From IMG/VR virus record IMGVR_UViG_3300010885_074529: DNA of 63,150 nt; one strand, 5' to 3'. Shown here in pieces: positions 1 to 9,987 of the stretch. The first letter of the stretch is position 1, and each line of letters opens with the position of its first letter. The position numbers and the translations under genes were made by a program. The stretch is from an uncultured virus (IMG/VR IMGVR_UViG_3300010885_074529) (Duplodnaviria > Heunggongvirae > Uroviricota > Caudoviricetes). The notes below the pieces were generated by a model. That model had not been told where the DNA came from. It saw only the letters and a list, made by a program, of their open reading frames with translations, and ran no database searches.

Positions 1-772
1 GAGCAAAAACGTCTCTTTCTCCACTTGTTTTTTTTGTTTTAGAAACAACACCATGATCTTCCCAGTGTTTAGGCCTATTATTTCTAGTGTATTCGTGCCA
101 AATATATTGCCGATAAGGACTATAAAAATCATACCCCCAAGTAAAAGCTCTAACACTCAAAGTCGTTTCTTCTGTGTATCCTCCAAAATAAATGTCGGGG
201 TCATATGGTACTTCTTCAACAAAACTTCCATCCGCCAAACAAAAGTGAGCACTTATAGTTCTTGCTTTTATAACCTTGGATCTTTGTTTGTAGTCCATGA
301 TGTGATATGGCCTACTCATAAGCAAGCTGTCATAACTAAACTCGTATTGACTCATAAGACATGGTGAAGCTTCATAAACAGTTTGTTCTGGTTGAAAGGG
401 TGTTAGATATGTTGTTAAAACAGGCTTTTCAGAAAAAGATTTAGACTGATTAAAATCTTCTAACATCATAACATCCCAATTCTCTAGAAACCTATGATGA
501 CTATCTAATTGCAAAACAAGATCTTCTCCGTTATAAAGATTGTTTGTTATTGCTCTAGCCCATCCTAGACCTTGGCTGTCACTATAATGATGTTTGCTTA
601 CTCTAAAATTAGAATTTCCATCATACAAGTTGATGTTTTCTGACTCGTCATATTGCCAACAAATACCGAAGACGAATTGGTCGGGATTTTTTGCTTTTTT
701 CAGCATATCCTCAATTGTTATTGTTAATTGTGGATCTCTATAAGACGCAATTTGAACAAATATTTTACTCAT
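1..772 (-). CDS. GlcNAc-transferase-like glycosyltransferase (truncated at window edge)
   Basis: Not in the ORF track. Manual translation from ATG 772 (GGAG upstream): MSKIFVQIASYRDPQL...FVFGICWQ...GLGWARA...LQLDSHHRF. The ASYRD and QLDSH motifs match the Skp1-type GlcNAc transferase family. Confidence 0.8.
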   Translation of the reverse strand, partial: MSKIFVQIASYRDPQLTITIEDMLKKAKNPDQFVFGICWQYDESENINLYDGNSNFRVSKHHYSDSQGLGWARAITNNLYNGEDLVLQLDSHHRFLENWDVMMLEDFNQSKSFSEKPVLTTYLTPFQPEQTVYEASPCLMSQYEFSYDSLLMSRPYHIMDYKQRSKVIKARTISAHFCLADGSFVEEVPYDPDIYFGGYTEETTLSVRAFTWGYDFYSPYRQYIWHEYTRNNRPKHWEDHGVVSKTKKTSGERDVFA

Positions 773-813
773 TTAGTTTCTCCGTAAACTAAGCGAGTAA
801 GAGAATTATTTTT

Positions 814-990
814 TTAAGTTGCAGCATTGCAGGGTCCCGGTCCTCCAGCAACTCCGCAAGCTTTTACATCTCTGGGTTTTGGACCTGCGTCTCTAGGGCC
901 CGGCTTAAAAAGGCTAGCTTGTGCCTTGCCTTTACTTATAAACATTTCTTTTAATTTTACCCACTCTTTAAATGTTTTGAATTGTGCCAT
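814..990 (-). CDS. small protein with CTS-like leader (MAQFKTFKEWVKLKE)
   Basis: Likely true start is ATG 990, 5 nt after a TATATATA box; Gly/Pro/Cys C-terminus. Confidence 0.65.
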   Translation of the reverse strand: MAQFKTFKEWVKLKEMFISKGKAQASLFKPGPRDAGPKPRDVKACGVAGGPGPCNAAT

Positions 991-995
991 AAAAC

Positions 996-1003
996 TATAT
1001 ATA
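996..1003. promoter_or_regulatory. palindromic TATATATA box between divergent starts (candidate late-type promoter)
   Basis: Lies between ATG 990 (-) and ATG 1013 (+); the motif recurs before many starts. Confidence 0.4.
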
Positions 1004-1012
1004 CTTAAAGAT

Positions 1013-1228
1013 ATGATTAAACAAATACTTGTGACTTTTATTATTATTTTTATTATTTGTGCTTTTATTTCACTGAAAGAAACAGAAGAACTTGGGGGAA
1101 CAACCTGCGAAGACACAACCGATTGCCTCGAAGGACAAACAGCAGGTAAAAATAAAAAATTAAATGCAATTAAATGGCTAGTAAACAAAGAATACAGAAG
1201 GGGATATGTTGTAGGGTCTAACAACTAA
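1013..1228 (+). CDS. small membrane or secreted protein
   Basis: MIKQILVTFIIIFIICAFISL hydrophobic N-terminus. Confidence 0.5.
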   Translation: MIKQILVTFIIIFIICAFISLKETEELGGTTCEDTTDCLEGQTAGKNKKLNAIKWLVNKEYRRGYVVGSNN

Positions 1229-1232
1229 AAAT

Positions 1233-1484
1233 ATGAAACAATTTCAAGAATGGATAATAAACGAAGCAGAAAACTCAAGCAATAAAACCAAAGCTATGGT
1301 TGCATTAGTAGACGCACTAAGAGACGTATTTGGTAAATACGATATAGCAACAAGAAAAAAAGTATGGGAAGAAATTACATCAGCTCATGGAAAAGAACTA
1401 GTCGCTAAGCTGGTGCGGAATCCGAAAACATATTTAAGCGATAGCGAGTTTATCAAACTAATACAAAAAGGCAGTAAAAAATAA
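1233..1484 (+). CDS. small protein with CTS-like leader (MKQFQEWIINE)
   Basis: N-terminus closely resembles the T4 internal-protein leader MKTYQEFIAE. Confidence 0.7.
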   Translation: MKQFQEWIINEAENSSNKTKAMVALVDALRDVFGKYDIATRKKVWEEITSAHGKELVAKLVRNPKTYLSDSEFIKLIQKGSKK

Positions 1485-1892
1485 TCAAACTAATTTGTGA
1501 ACAGAAAATTCTTGGTCTTTATTGGAGTAAACTATTTTTTTAAATCCTAATTGTTTTATCATTTCCATACAACCACCGCATGGCTGACTATTGTCTAGTT
1601 TATTATTCCTGTTTATACGGGTATTCACGATAGTTAGACCGGAACAATTATCATACCCTAATTTTATCACAGAACTCATTTCTGAATGTGTACCAACTAC
1701 ATCGCTTATATTGTGCTTTTGTTTATTTCTGTAATTGTACTTCAAGTTTAATGGATGAGTTTTAGGACTATTGCACCCTATAGACAAAAGCCTTTTATTG
1801 TCAAATATAAAGCTAAAGTGCTTACACCTCTTGTTGTGTCGGCACTTACCAGCTAAAGCAAAACTTATTTCTATTACTTTATCTAAATTCAT
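1485..1892 (-). CDS. cytidine/dCMP deaminase-like zinc protein
   Basis: HSE...PCGGC zinc-binding deaminase motifs. Confidence 0.8.
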   Translation of the reverse strand: MNLDKVIEISFALAGKCRHNKRCKHFSFIFDNKRLLSIGCNSPKTHPLNLKYNYRNKQKHNISDVVGTHSEMSSVIKLGYDNCSGLTIVNTRINRNNKLDNSQPCGGCMEMIKQLGFKKIVYSNKDQEFSVHKLV

Positions 1893-2467
1893 CTTGCTTT
1901 TTCTCGAAATAAAATATGTGTATTTTCTTCAATATAATTTTTTGCTTTAGGAGTCCATAATTTTTTAATTATGTGTCCTGTCTCTATCATTTTGTCTATT
2001 TCTTTCATAAAAATTCGCACAGCACGATCCGTTTTTGAAAAACCATGATATATTTTATGATCATATTTATCAAGAAAAAACTTGCAAGTTTCTTTAGGTA
2101 TCATATAATACATTCCTAATCTCGGAACAACAATATATGCGTCCTGATTACAACAACATTGCAAAGAATAAACCTTAAAGGTAAAGAACTCTGTATACCG
2201 CTCTTCTATTGTTTTTATTTCTATTTTGATTGTTCTGCCATCGTCAAAGTGGTAGATCTTATCAACATTGTGATTAGGCAGTCTTCCTTTGATCAATTTG
2301 CCTTCGTTGTCTACGCCATGCTCTACAACAGAGCATGGAAACCCACGTTCAGTAAAATCATATCTTAAAGTTATTCCCCAATAGAATTCACGTTCGGTAA
2401 AATCTTTGATATTTTCTTCAAAAACTTCTTCAGAACGAACGTCTCTTCTTTTTTCCAAGCTATTCAT
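1889..2467 (-). CDS. putative PD-(D/E)XK nuclease-fold protein
   Basis: VD...IEIK motif spacing; translationally coupled to the deaminase. Confidence 0.45.
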   Translation of the reverse strand: MNSLEKRRDVRSEEVFEENIKDFTEREFYWGITLRYDFTERGFPCSVVEHGVDNEGKLIKGRLPNHNVDKIYHFDDGRTIKIEIKTIEERYTEFFTFKVYSLQCCCNQDAYIVVPRLGMYYMIPKETCKFFLDKYDHKIYHGFSKTDRAVRIFMKEIDKMIETGHIIKKLWTPKAKNYIEENTHILFREKAR

Positions 2468-2497
2468 AGATCATCTCCTAATCAATATTATAGTTGA

Positions 2498-3523
2498 TTA
2501 GGAGGCTTGTTCAATATCAAATTTAGGATTTGCTACGATCATATCCCATATACAATCCTTTGGATCTTTTTTATCTAATAAATGAAATAATACTTTTGGA
2601 TGTTTTTGCTGTAGAATATACATAGCTGCTTCTTTTCTAGTAGGAAACTCTTTGTACACAGCTTTTGATTGATTTAAAATTTCATTATATTCATCCGTCA
2701 TTCTTTTTTGAACCTTTTTGACCCAATTATAAAACTCATCAGGCACTTTATCTAAAAACACATCCATAGAATGTCCGTTCCGCAAAGTTTCTAGAATCAA
2801 TTTCTCAGTAACTCCCGTAACGATTCTATGAAGCCGGACGTATTCCTCTCCCTTTATCTTAATCCGTGTGCCAGACTTGAATCTAATCACAAATCCTTCT
2901 TGATCGTCTTTTATCAAAGACTTGATTAAAGACAAATCTTTGATTCCATCGTATTTTTTAACAATAGGAAATGCGTTCTTTTCTTGGTACAAATCGTATT
3001 CGTTGCCGTAATTATCAAACTTAGCAAGTAAAACTATATCTTCTTTGTCGCCATAGTCACATACTATTTTGTTCCATTTGACAATTAATTCAGCACAGTA
3101 GCTTTTAGTGCTATCTAATTGGCTTAAATCATATTTAGATAAAATTCTTTTTGCTTCGTTTGAATGGGCACTGTTGAAAGACGCCTTGGAAGCGACCACC
3201 ATTTCGCCTTTATACCAAGCAATTACGATTAAAGACCCGTCTAATTTCTCGTAAACATCAAAAGGTTCGTTGGGAATATCTCGAAGTTCTTCTATATTAA
3301 AAAACTTATCAAAACTTTTAGCCACAACAAGGCCCTCCTGGTCCGTTATAAGGGCTCTACATTTTAGGGTTATATTATCCCATAATTTGTCGTATTGGAC
3401 CGTAGGAGAGTAATTCCAGATGATTAGAGGCAAACTAGGATGTGTTTGCTTCATTAAAAGTCTATTTTTATAATATTCCTCTAATTTTGCTATATCGAAT
3501 CTATTTTGTTGGGGTTTGCACAT
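2498..3523 (-). CDS. rnlA: T4 RNA ligase 1-like
   Basis: KCRALI, KFFNI, EKLDGS (adenylated Lys), EGFVI and KIK motifs. Confidence 0.9.
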   Translation of the reverse strand: MCKPQQNRFDIAKLEEYYKNRLLMKQTHPSLPLIIWNYSPTVQYDKLWDNITLKCRALITDQEGLVVAKSFDKFFNIEELRDIPNEPFDVYEKLDGSLIVIAWYKGEMVVASKASFNSAHSNEAKRILSKYDLSQLDSTKSYCAELIVKWNKIVCDYGDKEDIVLLAKFDNYGNEYDLYQEKNAFPIVKKYDGIKDLSLIKSLIKDDQEGFVIRFKSGTRIKIKGEEYVRLHRIVTGVTEKLILETLRNGHSMDVFLDKVPDEFYNWVKKVQKRMTDEYNEILNQSKAVYKEFPTRKEAAMYILQQKHPKVLFHLLDKKDPKDCIWDMIVANPKFDIEQAS

Positions 3524-4224
3524 AATTTTGGATTATACTTATATTTTTCAGAAGATATAAAGGCTCCATTCGGCTTACAATACCAGTTGCCACCAAATAA
3601 AAAACAAAGATTATTTATTTCTGCGTCAAGTTTAGATTTATCGTTTTTATCAAAAAGAAGGTGCCATGTGACTTCAAAAAACGCCCCTATTCTATAGCTT
3701 GTGGCGTTATCCTCCATACACAAACAGCAATTATACAGCTTTTGGTAAAAATGTAAAGGATGAGATCTAATCCGCTCTTTACTGACTAAAAATTGAGCAA
3801 AAGGCTCAAAAACAAGCTTGTCAGGTATTTGTCCCAAGGATTCAGCATATATTTGCTTCCACCAATCTCTAAACGAATTGTTTGGAATAAATATGTAGTA
3901 ATAACTTTCGTTTATAGCTTGAAAATCTTTTTCTTTATACTTTTCTATAGCGTCGAAAATATGAATATGTTGATGAGAAGCTGTTTCGTGGCCATGTATA
4001 AAAACAATTTTATCAGGCAAAACATCCCAATAATTAATTATATACCACAAATACGACGAAGCTTCATTTCCTTTATTGGGAAGAATATGAAAAGCTTCAT
4101 ATTTTGACCCATCAACAGTGTTTCCTCCTTCTTTTCCCACAATAATTACAGGATAAGGAGATTTTTCTAACCAAATAATATCTTCCTTGTAATGAGAAGA
4201 AACTATTGTTACATTTTCATTCAT
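3490..4224 (-). CDS. DUF3431-like glycosyltransferase-related protein
   Basis: SHYKED..W, NKGNEASSYLWYIINYWD.LPD..VFIHGH, AQFLVSKERI. Confidence 0.7.
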   Translation of the reverse strand: MNENVTIVSSHYKEDIIWLEKSPYPVIIVGKEGGNTVDGSKYEAFHILPNKGNEASSYLWYIINYWDVLPDKIVFIHGHETASHQHIHIFDAIEKYKEKDFQAINESYYYIFIPNNSFRDWWKQIYAESLGQIPDKLVFEPFAQFLVSKERIRSHPLHFYQKLYNCCLCMEDNATSYRIGAFFEVTWHLLFDKNDKSKLDAEINNLCFLFGGNWYCKPNGAFISSEKYKYNPKLCANPNKIDSI

Positions 4225-4225
4225 A

Positions 4226-4891
4226 CTATTTTGAAATCTCAGAATTCCAATCTATTTTATCATCATTTGGTTTGGGTAAAACGGGCTGTTTAATCATTAA
4301 AGGTTCTTTTTTCTTTCCAGTATCGCACTCAAATTGGTCGATCAGTTGAAGTGCAGAAGGATTATAAACAACAACATGCTGTCTTGTGTTGTGCTGGTGT
4401 GCCCAGAAATCTATTTTATCGTGTAGTTTGTAACCCCAATCTTCACTGCTATGTACATCGTTTTTTGTATATCCTATCAAATTGTTGACGCCTAACGCCT
4501 CAAGCTGATTATACACATAATGTTCTTTAGATGCACAATATTTCCAAATAGGATGTTCCGGCCAAAAACCAGTTACCAGACCTCTACTTCCCTCTTTGAT
4601 AGTAGCTAAAACAACGTGATCGCCCCAAAGGTCTGCGTAATCCTTACAGCTTTTCATTGCAAATCCTTTTGGATCTTGTCCGGGAGGAATAATTCCAAAA
4701 TACAATCCTGGTCCGTACATCTGATCATCGCTAGTATCACCATATTTTTTGTAATAATTTGCTACGTTGCGATGTTTGTCTTGAAGTTGAAATCCAACCT
4801 TCTTTATAGAATCTGATCCCTCTTGTCGCACCGCTTTCATAAGCACAATTTGATTAGACGATTCTGTGAGCAGCCAATTTTTAAAATCCAT
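4226..4891 (-). CDS. CTS-leader protein with possible ADP-ribosyltransferase (PARP/ART-like) fold
   Basis: Start MDFKNWLLTE; SIKKVGF, MYGPGLYF, YADLWG, HVVVYNP. Confidence 0.55.
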   Translation of the reverse strand: MDFKNWLLTESSNQIVLMKAVRQEGSDSIKKVGFQLQDKHRNVANYYKKYGDTSDDQMYGPGLYFGIIPPGQDPKGFAMKSCKDYADLWGDHVVLATIKEGSRGLVTGFWPEHPIWKYCASKEHYVYNQLEALGVNNLIGYTKNDVHSSEDWGYKLHDKIDFWAHQHNTRQHVVVYNPSALQLIDQFECDTGKKKEPLMIKQPVLPKPNDDKIDWNSEISK

Positions 4892-4912
4892 ACAATTATA
4901 TAGAGTAACAAC

Positions 4913-4943
4913 AAAAAAACCCAGCAATCTTTCGACTGCTGGG
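4913..4943 (-). terminator. rho-independent terminator
   Basis: CCCAGCAGTC-GAAA-GATTGCTGGG followed by a T7 run on the minus strand. Confidence 0.85.
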
Positions 4944-4966
4944 CTATTTGAACTATTTATTTAAAA

Positions 4967-5392
4967 TTAATAGCAATATTCGTAACTAAAAGCTCCGCCT
5001 GCTTTGATAATTACCCAATCATAACGATGGTCATTCTCTGAACCGCCGTGTAGAACGAACCCGCTAAGTTTAGCATCTAGTGGCCATTCGTTATTATTAT
5101 CGTCTAGATTGTCGCCATACTGATCTAGCTTTTCAGTGTGTGAAGGACGATATCCTGAACCATCGTTGTTAGCCCAATCGGTTTGTGTTACCAAAATAAC
5201 ATATTTATCAGGGCTAGATGGTAGACTTGGAAATGTTATAAGAGTCTGCCAGCACTCATCGTTGTATACTTGACCAGCAAGTACAATGTGTGGGCCGTTT
5301 AGACTTTGATAAATATTTCTTCCGTTACCTGGACCTTTATTTAGTCCTTCAGATGAACCAGTACCAGTTCCTTGAGTTGTTGTAGCTGACAT
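4967..5392 (-). CDS. hypothetical, possibly virion protein
   Basis: AGGAG RBS; MSATTTQGTGTGS Thr/Gly-rich start; beta-rich. Confidence 0.6.
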   Translation of the reverse strand: MSATTTQGTGTGSSEGLNKGPGNGRNIYQSLNGPHIVLAGQVYNDECWQTLITFPSLPSSPDKYVILVTQTDWANNDGSGYRPSHTEKLDQYGDNLDDNNNEWPLDAKLSGFVLHGGSENDHRYDWVIIKAGGAFSYEYCY

Positions 5393-5414
5393 TTTTATAC
5401 TCCTTTATTTAAAG

Positions 5415-5762
5415 TTAAGCTTTAACGACCATGAAAACCATGTAATCTTCAACCATTTCGGCTGAAACTACGTTGTAAGAAACACCTTCTGATTCGACAA
5501 GAACAGTTAGGTTTGCACATTCAGTAGCATTAACAGTTGAAAGAACTTTGAGTGCTTTTTTGCAAGTGTCAACAACAGCTTCTACAGCTAACTTGACAAC
5601 AACAACGGATACTTCTGCACCGTTTACAGTCTTTGATGCTTTTACAATCTCTTTAACGTTTGAAAGAGATTTGATTGCATTCTTAGGACCATTGCCAGAC
5701 TTAACAGTCATTTTTGCTTTCTGGTCTACATTAACATTATCTAGAAATGTTTTGAAATCCAT
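5415..5762 (-). CDS. hypothetical protein
   Basis: AGGAG RBS; weak CTS-like start MDFKTFLDN. Confidence 0.65.
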   Translation of the reverse strand: MDFKTFLDNVNVDQKAKMTVKSGNGPKNAIKSLSNVKEIVKASKTVNGAEVSVVVVKLAVEAVVDTCKKALKVLSTVNATECANLTVLVESEGVSYNVVSAEMVEDYMVFMVVKA

Positions 5763-5890
5763 ATTTTACTCCTTTAAAATAAAACTAGCAACCACCTTGG
5801 TCGCCTAATGTATATATATTCAATTTAAAGCAATTTTTTTATCTAAAATTTAATTGATTGTGAAAAATTGTTAGATTGGGGCTGATTTTT

Positions 5891-6058
5891 TTAAATTGTT
5901 TTTAAAATTTCTTTAGCCTTGTCCAATTCTTCTTGCGTTTTAAATTTTAAAGTTGTCACAGAATCTTTTGTTTCTAAAATCCTGCTGGCTACATTTTCTT
6001 CATTGAGAATATCTCTGAATTTTTCAAGTTTTTCATTAGCAACATCTAAATTAAACAT
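5891..6058 (-). CDS. small hypothetical protein (55 aa)
   Basis: Manual: AAGGAG RBS, MFNLDVANEKLEKFRDILNEE...EILKTI*; below the ORF-track cutoff. Confidence 0.6.
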   Translation of the reverse strand: MFNLDVANEKLEKFRDILNEENVASRILETKDSVTTLKFKTQEELDKAKEILKTI

Positions 6059-6067
6059 TTTTCTCCT

Positions 6068-9000
6068 TCAAGATTTTAATATTGATTCAAGTAAGTGGTT
6101 CCATCCGCCATCCCATTCTCCTCGGGGAGCTTCATTATATAAATCCCAACCCAAAACATATATTTTGCCGCCTCCATAAGGAATCATAGTGACCACTGAT
6201 TGATCGCTTCCATCACCTTCGTAAATAGTAATTGAACCCTCAGGAAGTGTTTCTTTGCTTATTGAAGATGTAGCACTCCAAGAGGGAATTGTATTACTTT
6301 CTTGTGGAAAAAGTTCAGCACCAGCCTGTGTTAAATTAATTGGTTCAGTAGCACCGCTAGTATCTAAATCAAATCCGAAAACAGCGTTTAATACAATTGG
6401 TAGATCTCCAAAGCTATTTGGATGAAACATAATAAGCTTTCCACCATTATAAACAAGGCCCGCTATGGCAGATCTAATATCGTTAGTTAAATCAGGATTT
6501 AAGTCGCCTTTTTCTAACTCCGGTATGATAATGGTGCCTTCCAAGCTAACTTCTGAAAATGATGTGAATGTTTTATGAGAAATTCCAACACTATTCATAA
6601 AATCAATAAGATTGTTTACTTCGTGGCTGTGGCTACTTCCGAGATCTGCAACGTAATCGACATAATTGTTGTTAATAAAAACACTAATTAATACTTGCTT
6701 TTTTAGAATTGAACCAAGTGCATCGGCCAAAGTTTTAGGAACTTGGCTAAAAATTTCTCCATCTTTACTTGATACAACTTTTCTGTTTCCGCAACTATCA
6801 ACAATCTCAAAATAACCAGTTCTTTGAATGGAGACACGCTTGCCAGTTATCGGGGCAATCACCAATGAAGTATCCATGTTGCCTTCGCCGTCAAAACGAT
6901 AATTAGGAAATTTATCTGGATTATCTGGACTTAAGTCCAATTCATACGTTGCTGTGCTGCAATCATTAGTACCTAGTCCTATTACTTCCAAGAACTTAGC
7001 TGCAATAGCTTTTGCCCCTTCGGTTGTCATTGCCACTGCATTAGCTTTACCCAGACAAAGAAAGAATAGTTTTGTTTTTCCCTCAAGCCCGGTGATGCAG
7101 TGCTCATCTCCCCTTGCGGTTGGATCGTAAAACTGCTCGATTCCATCTCCTTTACCATCAACGATTATGATGTGGTTTATAGAAGGATCACCATCGCCAT
7201 AATTGGTCTTAAAATAGGCGGTGTAAGTGTTACCACCAGCATTTATTGGATAGATATCAACTGCATCGACACCATCTCCATCCGTGCCTATATTGCCGGT
7301 TATTGAAAACTGCGTGATGTTGATATTGTTTGCCACAAGCACGAACATGCCGGGAAACATAGCTGTGAAGTAGCTGCTCCCTTCACCGAAATATCCATCC
7401 CCGACCACAACACGACTGTCGCAAACAGGAAGATATCTATACTCGTCCAACCCTGGATCATAAAAGTCTTCTTCTGGGTCATCATCCCATGCTTGAGTGT
7501 GAGTGGAAGGAATGCTACTGTTAGTGTTAAGCCCACAAATAACTCCGGCTTCGGGACATCCACAAGCTCCTTCGCCGCCGCTGATAACATTATCTCCACC
7601 GGGATTGCCATTGCTTTCGCCTCCATAACACTTAATATAAAGATAAGGAAGGGTCAGATTGGTATTTAAGTAATTTGCTCCGTCGTACATGTCGTCCATG
7701 CCATCATTTATTCCCATCTGCTTGAAAGCAGGCAGAACGCTCCACTCTTGCAGCACCCCATTTGTGTCCAATTTGGCATACTGAAATCTTGCTGCATGGT
7801 TGTAGTCAGTAAAGCTTCCAGCTACATATATGTTTCCAACTGAATCTAATTTGATGTCGTTTGTTGCTGGTCCCCAATTATAACCTGCGGGAGTAAATCC
7901 AAATACACTATTGAAACTTTCATCTTTAGAACCATCAGAATTCAACCTAAATATTTCATTTGCACTGGATCCATCTGCAAGGTTAAAGTATCCTCCAACA
8001 ATTACTTTCCCATTTTCTTGTTGGGCTATTGATGTTACAGTTCCAATATTAGTGTTGCTATTATATAAATTTGCTGCATACGACTCATCCAGAGAACCAT
8101 CACTATTTAATCTAACCAATCCATTATTGCATTGGGTTCCATTGTAGTATTTGCTACTGTGTCCAGCTAATATCTGTCCATTTGATAATGGAAGTATTGA
8201 AAAAACTCCATTCTGTTGAAAGGTATTGCCAGTGAAACCAGTTCCCGGTTCAAAAGAACTATCTACCGATCCATCGCTGTTAAGCCTCTTGATTGCTTCT
8301 GAGAAAGTTCCTCCAATTAGTATTTTGCCATTGCTATCAATAGCAATTGTGGAGACAGAATCACTCAAACCTAGGCTTAAAACATTGGTAGCAAAACCTT
8401 CATCTATAACTCCATCGCTGTCTATTTTTGCCAAATAAGGGGATTCTACATTATCATAATGAGTAAAATGTCCTCCAACTAAAACACTATCATCGTTCAA
8501 TAATTTTATTGCATAAACTTGTAAGGGAACACCACTTATTGCCCTGTCCTCAAAGCCAACATCTCCACCATCTCTCTTACTCAGAGAACCATCAGTTTTC
8601 AAGCAAACCATTCCACCAATATTTACTATATTGCCGTCTATTGTTGGGTTCCAATTTGGCTGTGATATTGTTATTGGGAAAGCAGGATTCAATGTTATGT
8701 TGCTGTCGAGTCCAACTACCCAGTAATTTGAAGATTCATTAAAATAAGAGCTAATTACGGTTCTTGTACTAGAATCTTGGAATGTCACGGTCCAACCCAC
8801 TTCGACTATATTTGCAGAATAAGGCAGAAGTAGTCCATTTCCATTCAAGCCGGTTCCACCTTGATAGTCAGCATCAAAGGTTATTGATCCGCTGTTGGAT
8901 GGTCCATCAAACCTTTCAACATTAAGAAAATTGCCGCCCACAACCAACCTTCCATCACTCATCTGAACAACGCTGTTTACCATTCCGTTAAGTCCAAAAG

Positions 9001-9934
9001 ATGGAGGAGTGAACGATTCATCTTCATTTCCACTAACATCTATTCTTCTTAAATATTTTGATCCATCAAGTGTTCCCGACAGCCCACCAACCACAATTTT
9101 GCCGTCTTCTTGTATGCATACTGTTGTGCCAATTCCTAATTCATTGAAATTAGGGTCTATGCCATTTCCTTCTCCCATGTCTATGTCAGCATCGTCTGAG
9201 AACAAAAATGGACCCTCAACAAGATCAGTTACTTGAGAATAACCCGTCTTGAGACCGGTAAGCTGGGCATTTAATTCTGTGTCGTCGGAGATGCCATTTG
9301 CTTCATAAACATTGATAGTGAGGTTTGTGAAGTATGCCGTGCCTTCATCGTAGTCAGCATCAAATCCAATTCTGTAAGGACCTCCATCCATCAACTTCTC
9401 ATGTAAAACAATGGTGTCAAGAACAGTTCCCAAGGTGTTCGCTCCCTCATAGGTGGCGGCAGTGACGGTTCTGGCGGCTGGGTTATATGTGACCTTAAAG
9501 GTGTAGATGCCACTCCCTAGAACCTCAGAACCTGATTGGCCTGTGGAATTTCCATAATGCTCACCATCATTGTTTACAAACTTATTTGTTCCGTAAAGGA
9601 AAGGCACTGGGCAATTTATTTGAAATGCTATCCTTGATTGGTCGGGACTCCATTTCCAATTTGGAGAGTTGCCATCATTATAAAAACACATGCCTTGATC
9701 TGAGCAAACGCTGTGATCGACTGTGAATATGACCTCGCAGGCCTGGTGTCCACTGATGCTCCAGTTGGTTCTTACGCTGTAGGCCGGCGCTAGCTCTAAA
9801 GGGCTAGCACTCCCAACGAAATACATACCATCAGGATCAAAACCAAAGTCAACATCTAAGGTTTTTCCAGTTGCATCACCATAGGTTCCGAGCCAATCTG
9901 GTTTCGAAGTGAGGTCGCTGGTGTATGTTTTCAT
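6068..9934 (-). CDS. large delta-60 (DUF5122) beta-propeller repeat protein, putative adhesin or fibre
   Basis: Repeated Q.DGKI.VGG.F...RLNSDGS.D.SF units; 1288 aa. Confidence 0.75.
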   Translation of the reverse strand: MKTYTSDLTSKPDWLGTYGDATGKTLDVDFGFDPDGMYFVGSASPLELAPAYSVRTNWSISGHQACEVIFTVDHSVCSDQGMCFYNDGNSPNWKWSPDQSRIAFQINCPVPFLYGTNKFVNNDGEHYGNSTGQSGSEVLGSGIYTFKVTYNPAARTVTAATYEGANTLGTVLDTIVLHEKLMDGGPYRIGFDADYDEGTAYFTNLTINVYEANGISDDTELNAQLTGLKTGYSQVTDLVEGPFLFSDDADIDMGEGNGIDPNFNELGIGTTVCIQEDGKIVVGGLSGTLDGSKYLRRIDVSGNEDESFTPPSFGLNGMVNSVVQMSDGRLVVGGNFLNVERFDGPSNSGSITFDADYQGGTGLNGNGLLLPYSANIVEVGWTVTFQDSSTRTVISSYFNESSNYWVVGLDSNITLNPAFPITISQPNWNPTIDGNIVNIGGMVCLKTDGSLSKRDGGDVGFEDRAISGVPLQVYAIKLLNDDSVLVGGHFTHYDNVESPYLAKIDSDGVIDEGFATNVLSLGLSDSVSTIAIDSNGKILIGGTFSEAIKRLNSDGSVDSSFEPGTGFTGNTFQQNGVFSILPLSNGQILAGHSSKYYNGTQCNNGLVRLNSDGSLDESYAANLYNSNTNIGTVTSIAQQENGKVIVGGYFNLADGSSANEIFRLNSDGSKDESFNSVFGFTPAGYNWGPATNDIKLDSVGNIYVAGSFTDYNHAARFQYAKLDTNGVLQEWSVLPAFKQMGINDGMDDMYDGANYLNTNLTLPYLYIKCYGGESNGNPGGDNVISGGEGACGCPEAGVICGLNTNSSIPSTHTQAWDDDPEEDFYDPGLDEYRYLPVCDSRVVVGDGYFGEGSSYFTAMFPGMFVLVANNINITQFSITGNIGTDGDGVDAVDIYPINAGGNTYTAYFKTNYGDGDPSINHIIIVDGKGDGIEQFYDPTARGDEHCITGLEGKTKLFFLCLGKANAVAMTTEGAKAIAAKFLEVIGLGTNDCSTATYELDLSPDNPDKFPNYRFDGEGNMDTSLVIAPITGKRVSIQRTGYFEIVDSCGNRKVVSSKDGEIFSQVPKTLADALGSILKKQVLISVFINNNYVDYVADLGSSHSHEVNNLIDFMNSVGISHKTFTSFSEVSLEGTIIIPELEKGDLNPDLTNDIRSAIAGLVYNGGKLIMFHPNSFGDLPIVLNAVFGFDLDTSGATEPINLTQAGAELFPQESNTIPSWSATSSISKETLPEGSITIYEGDGSDQSVVTMIPYGGGKIYVLGWDLYNEAPRGEWDGGWNHLLESILKS

Positions 9935-9987
9935 GAAATCTCCTAAAAAAAATGCTTTAAATTATATATTGTTATTAATCTATTTCT

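Noticed and set aside
53..367. Plus-strand 104-aa ORF
   Set aside because: Antisense to the glycosyltransferase that runs off the window edge.
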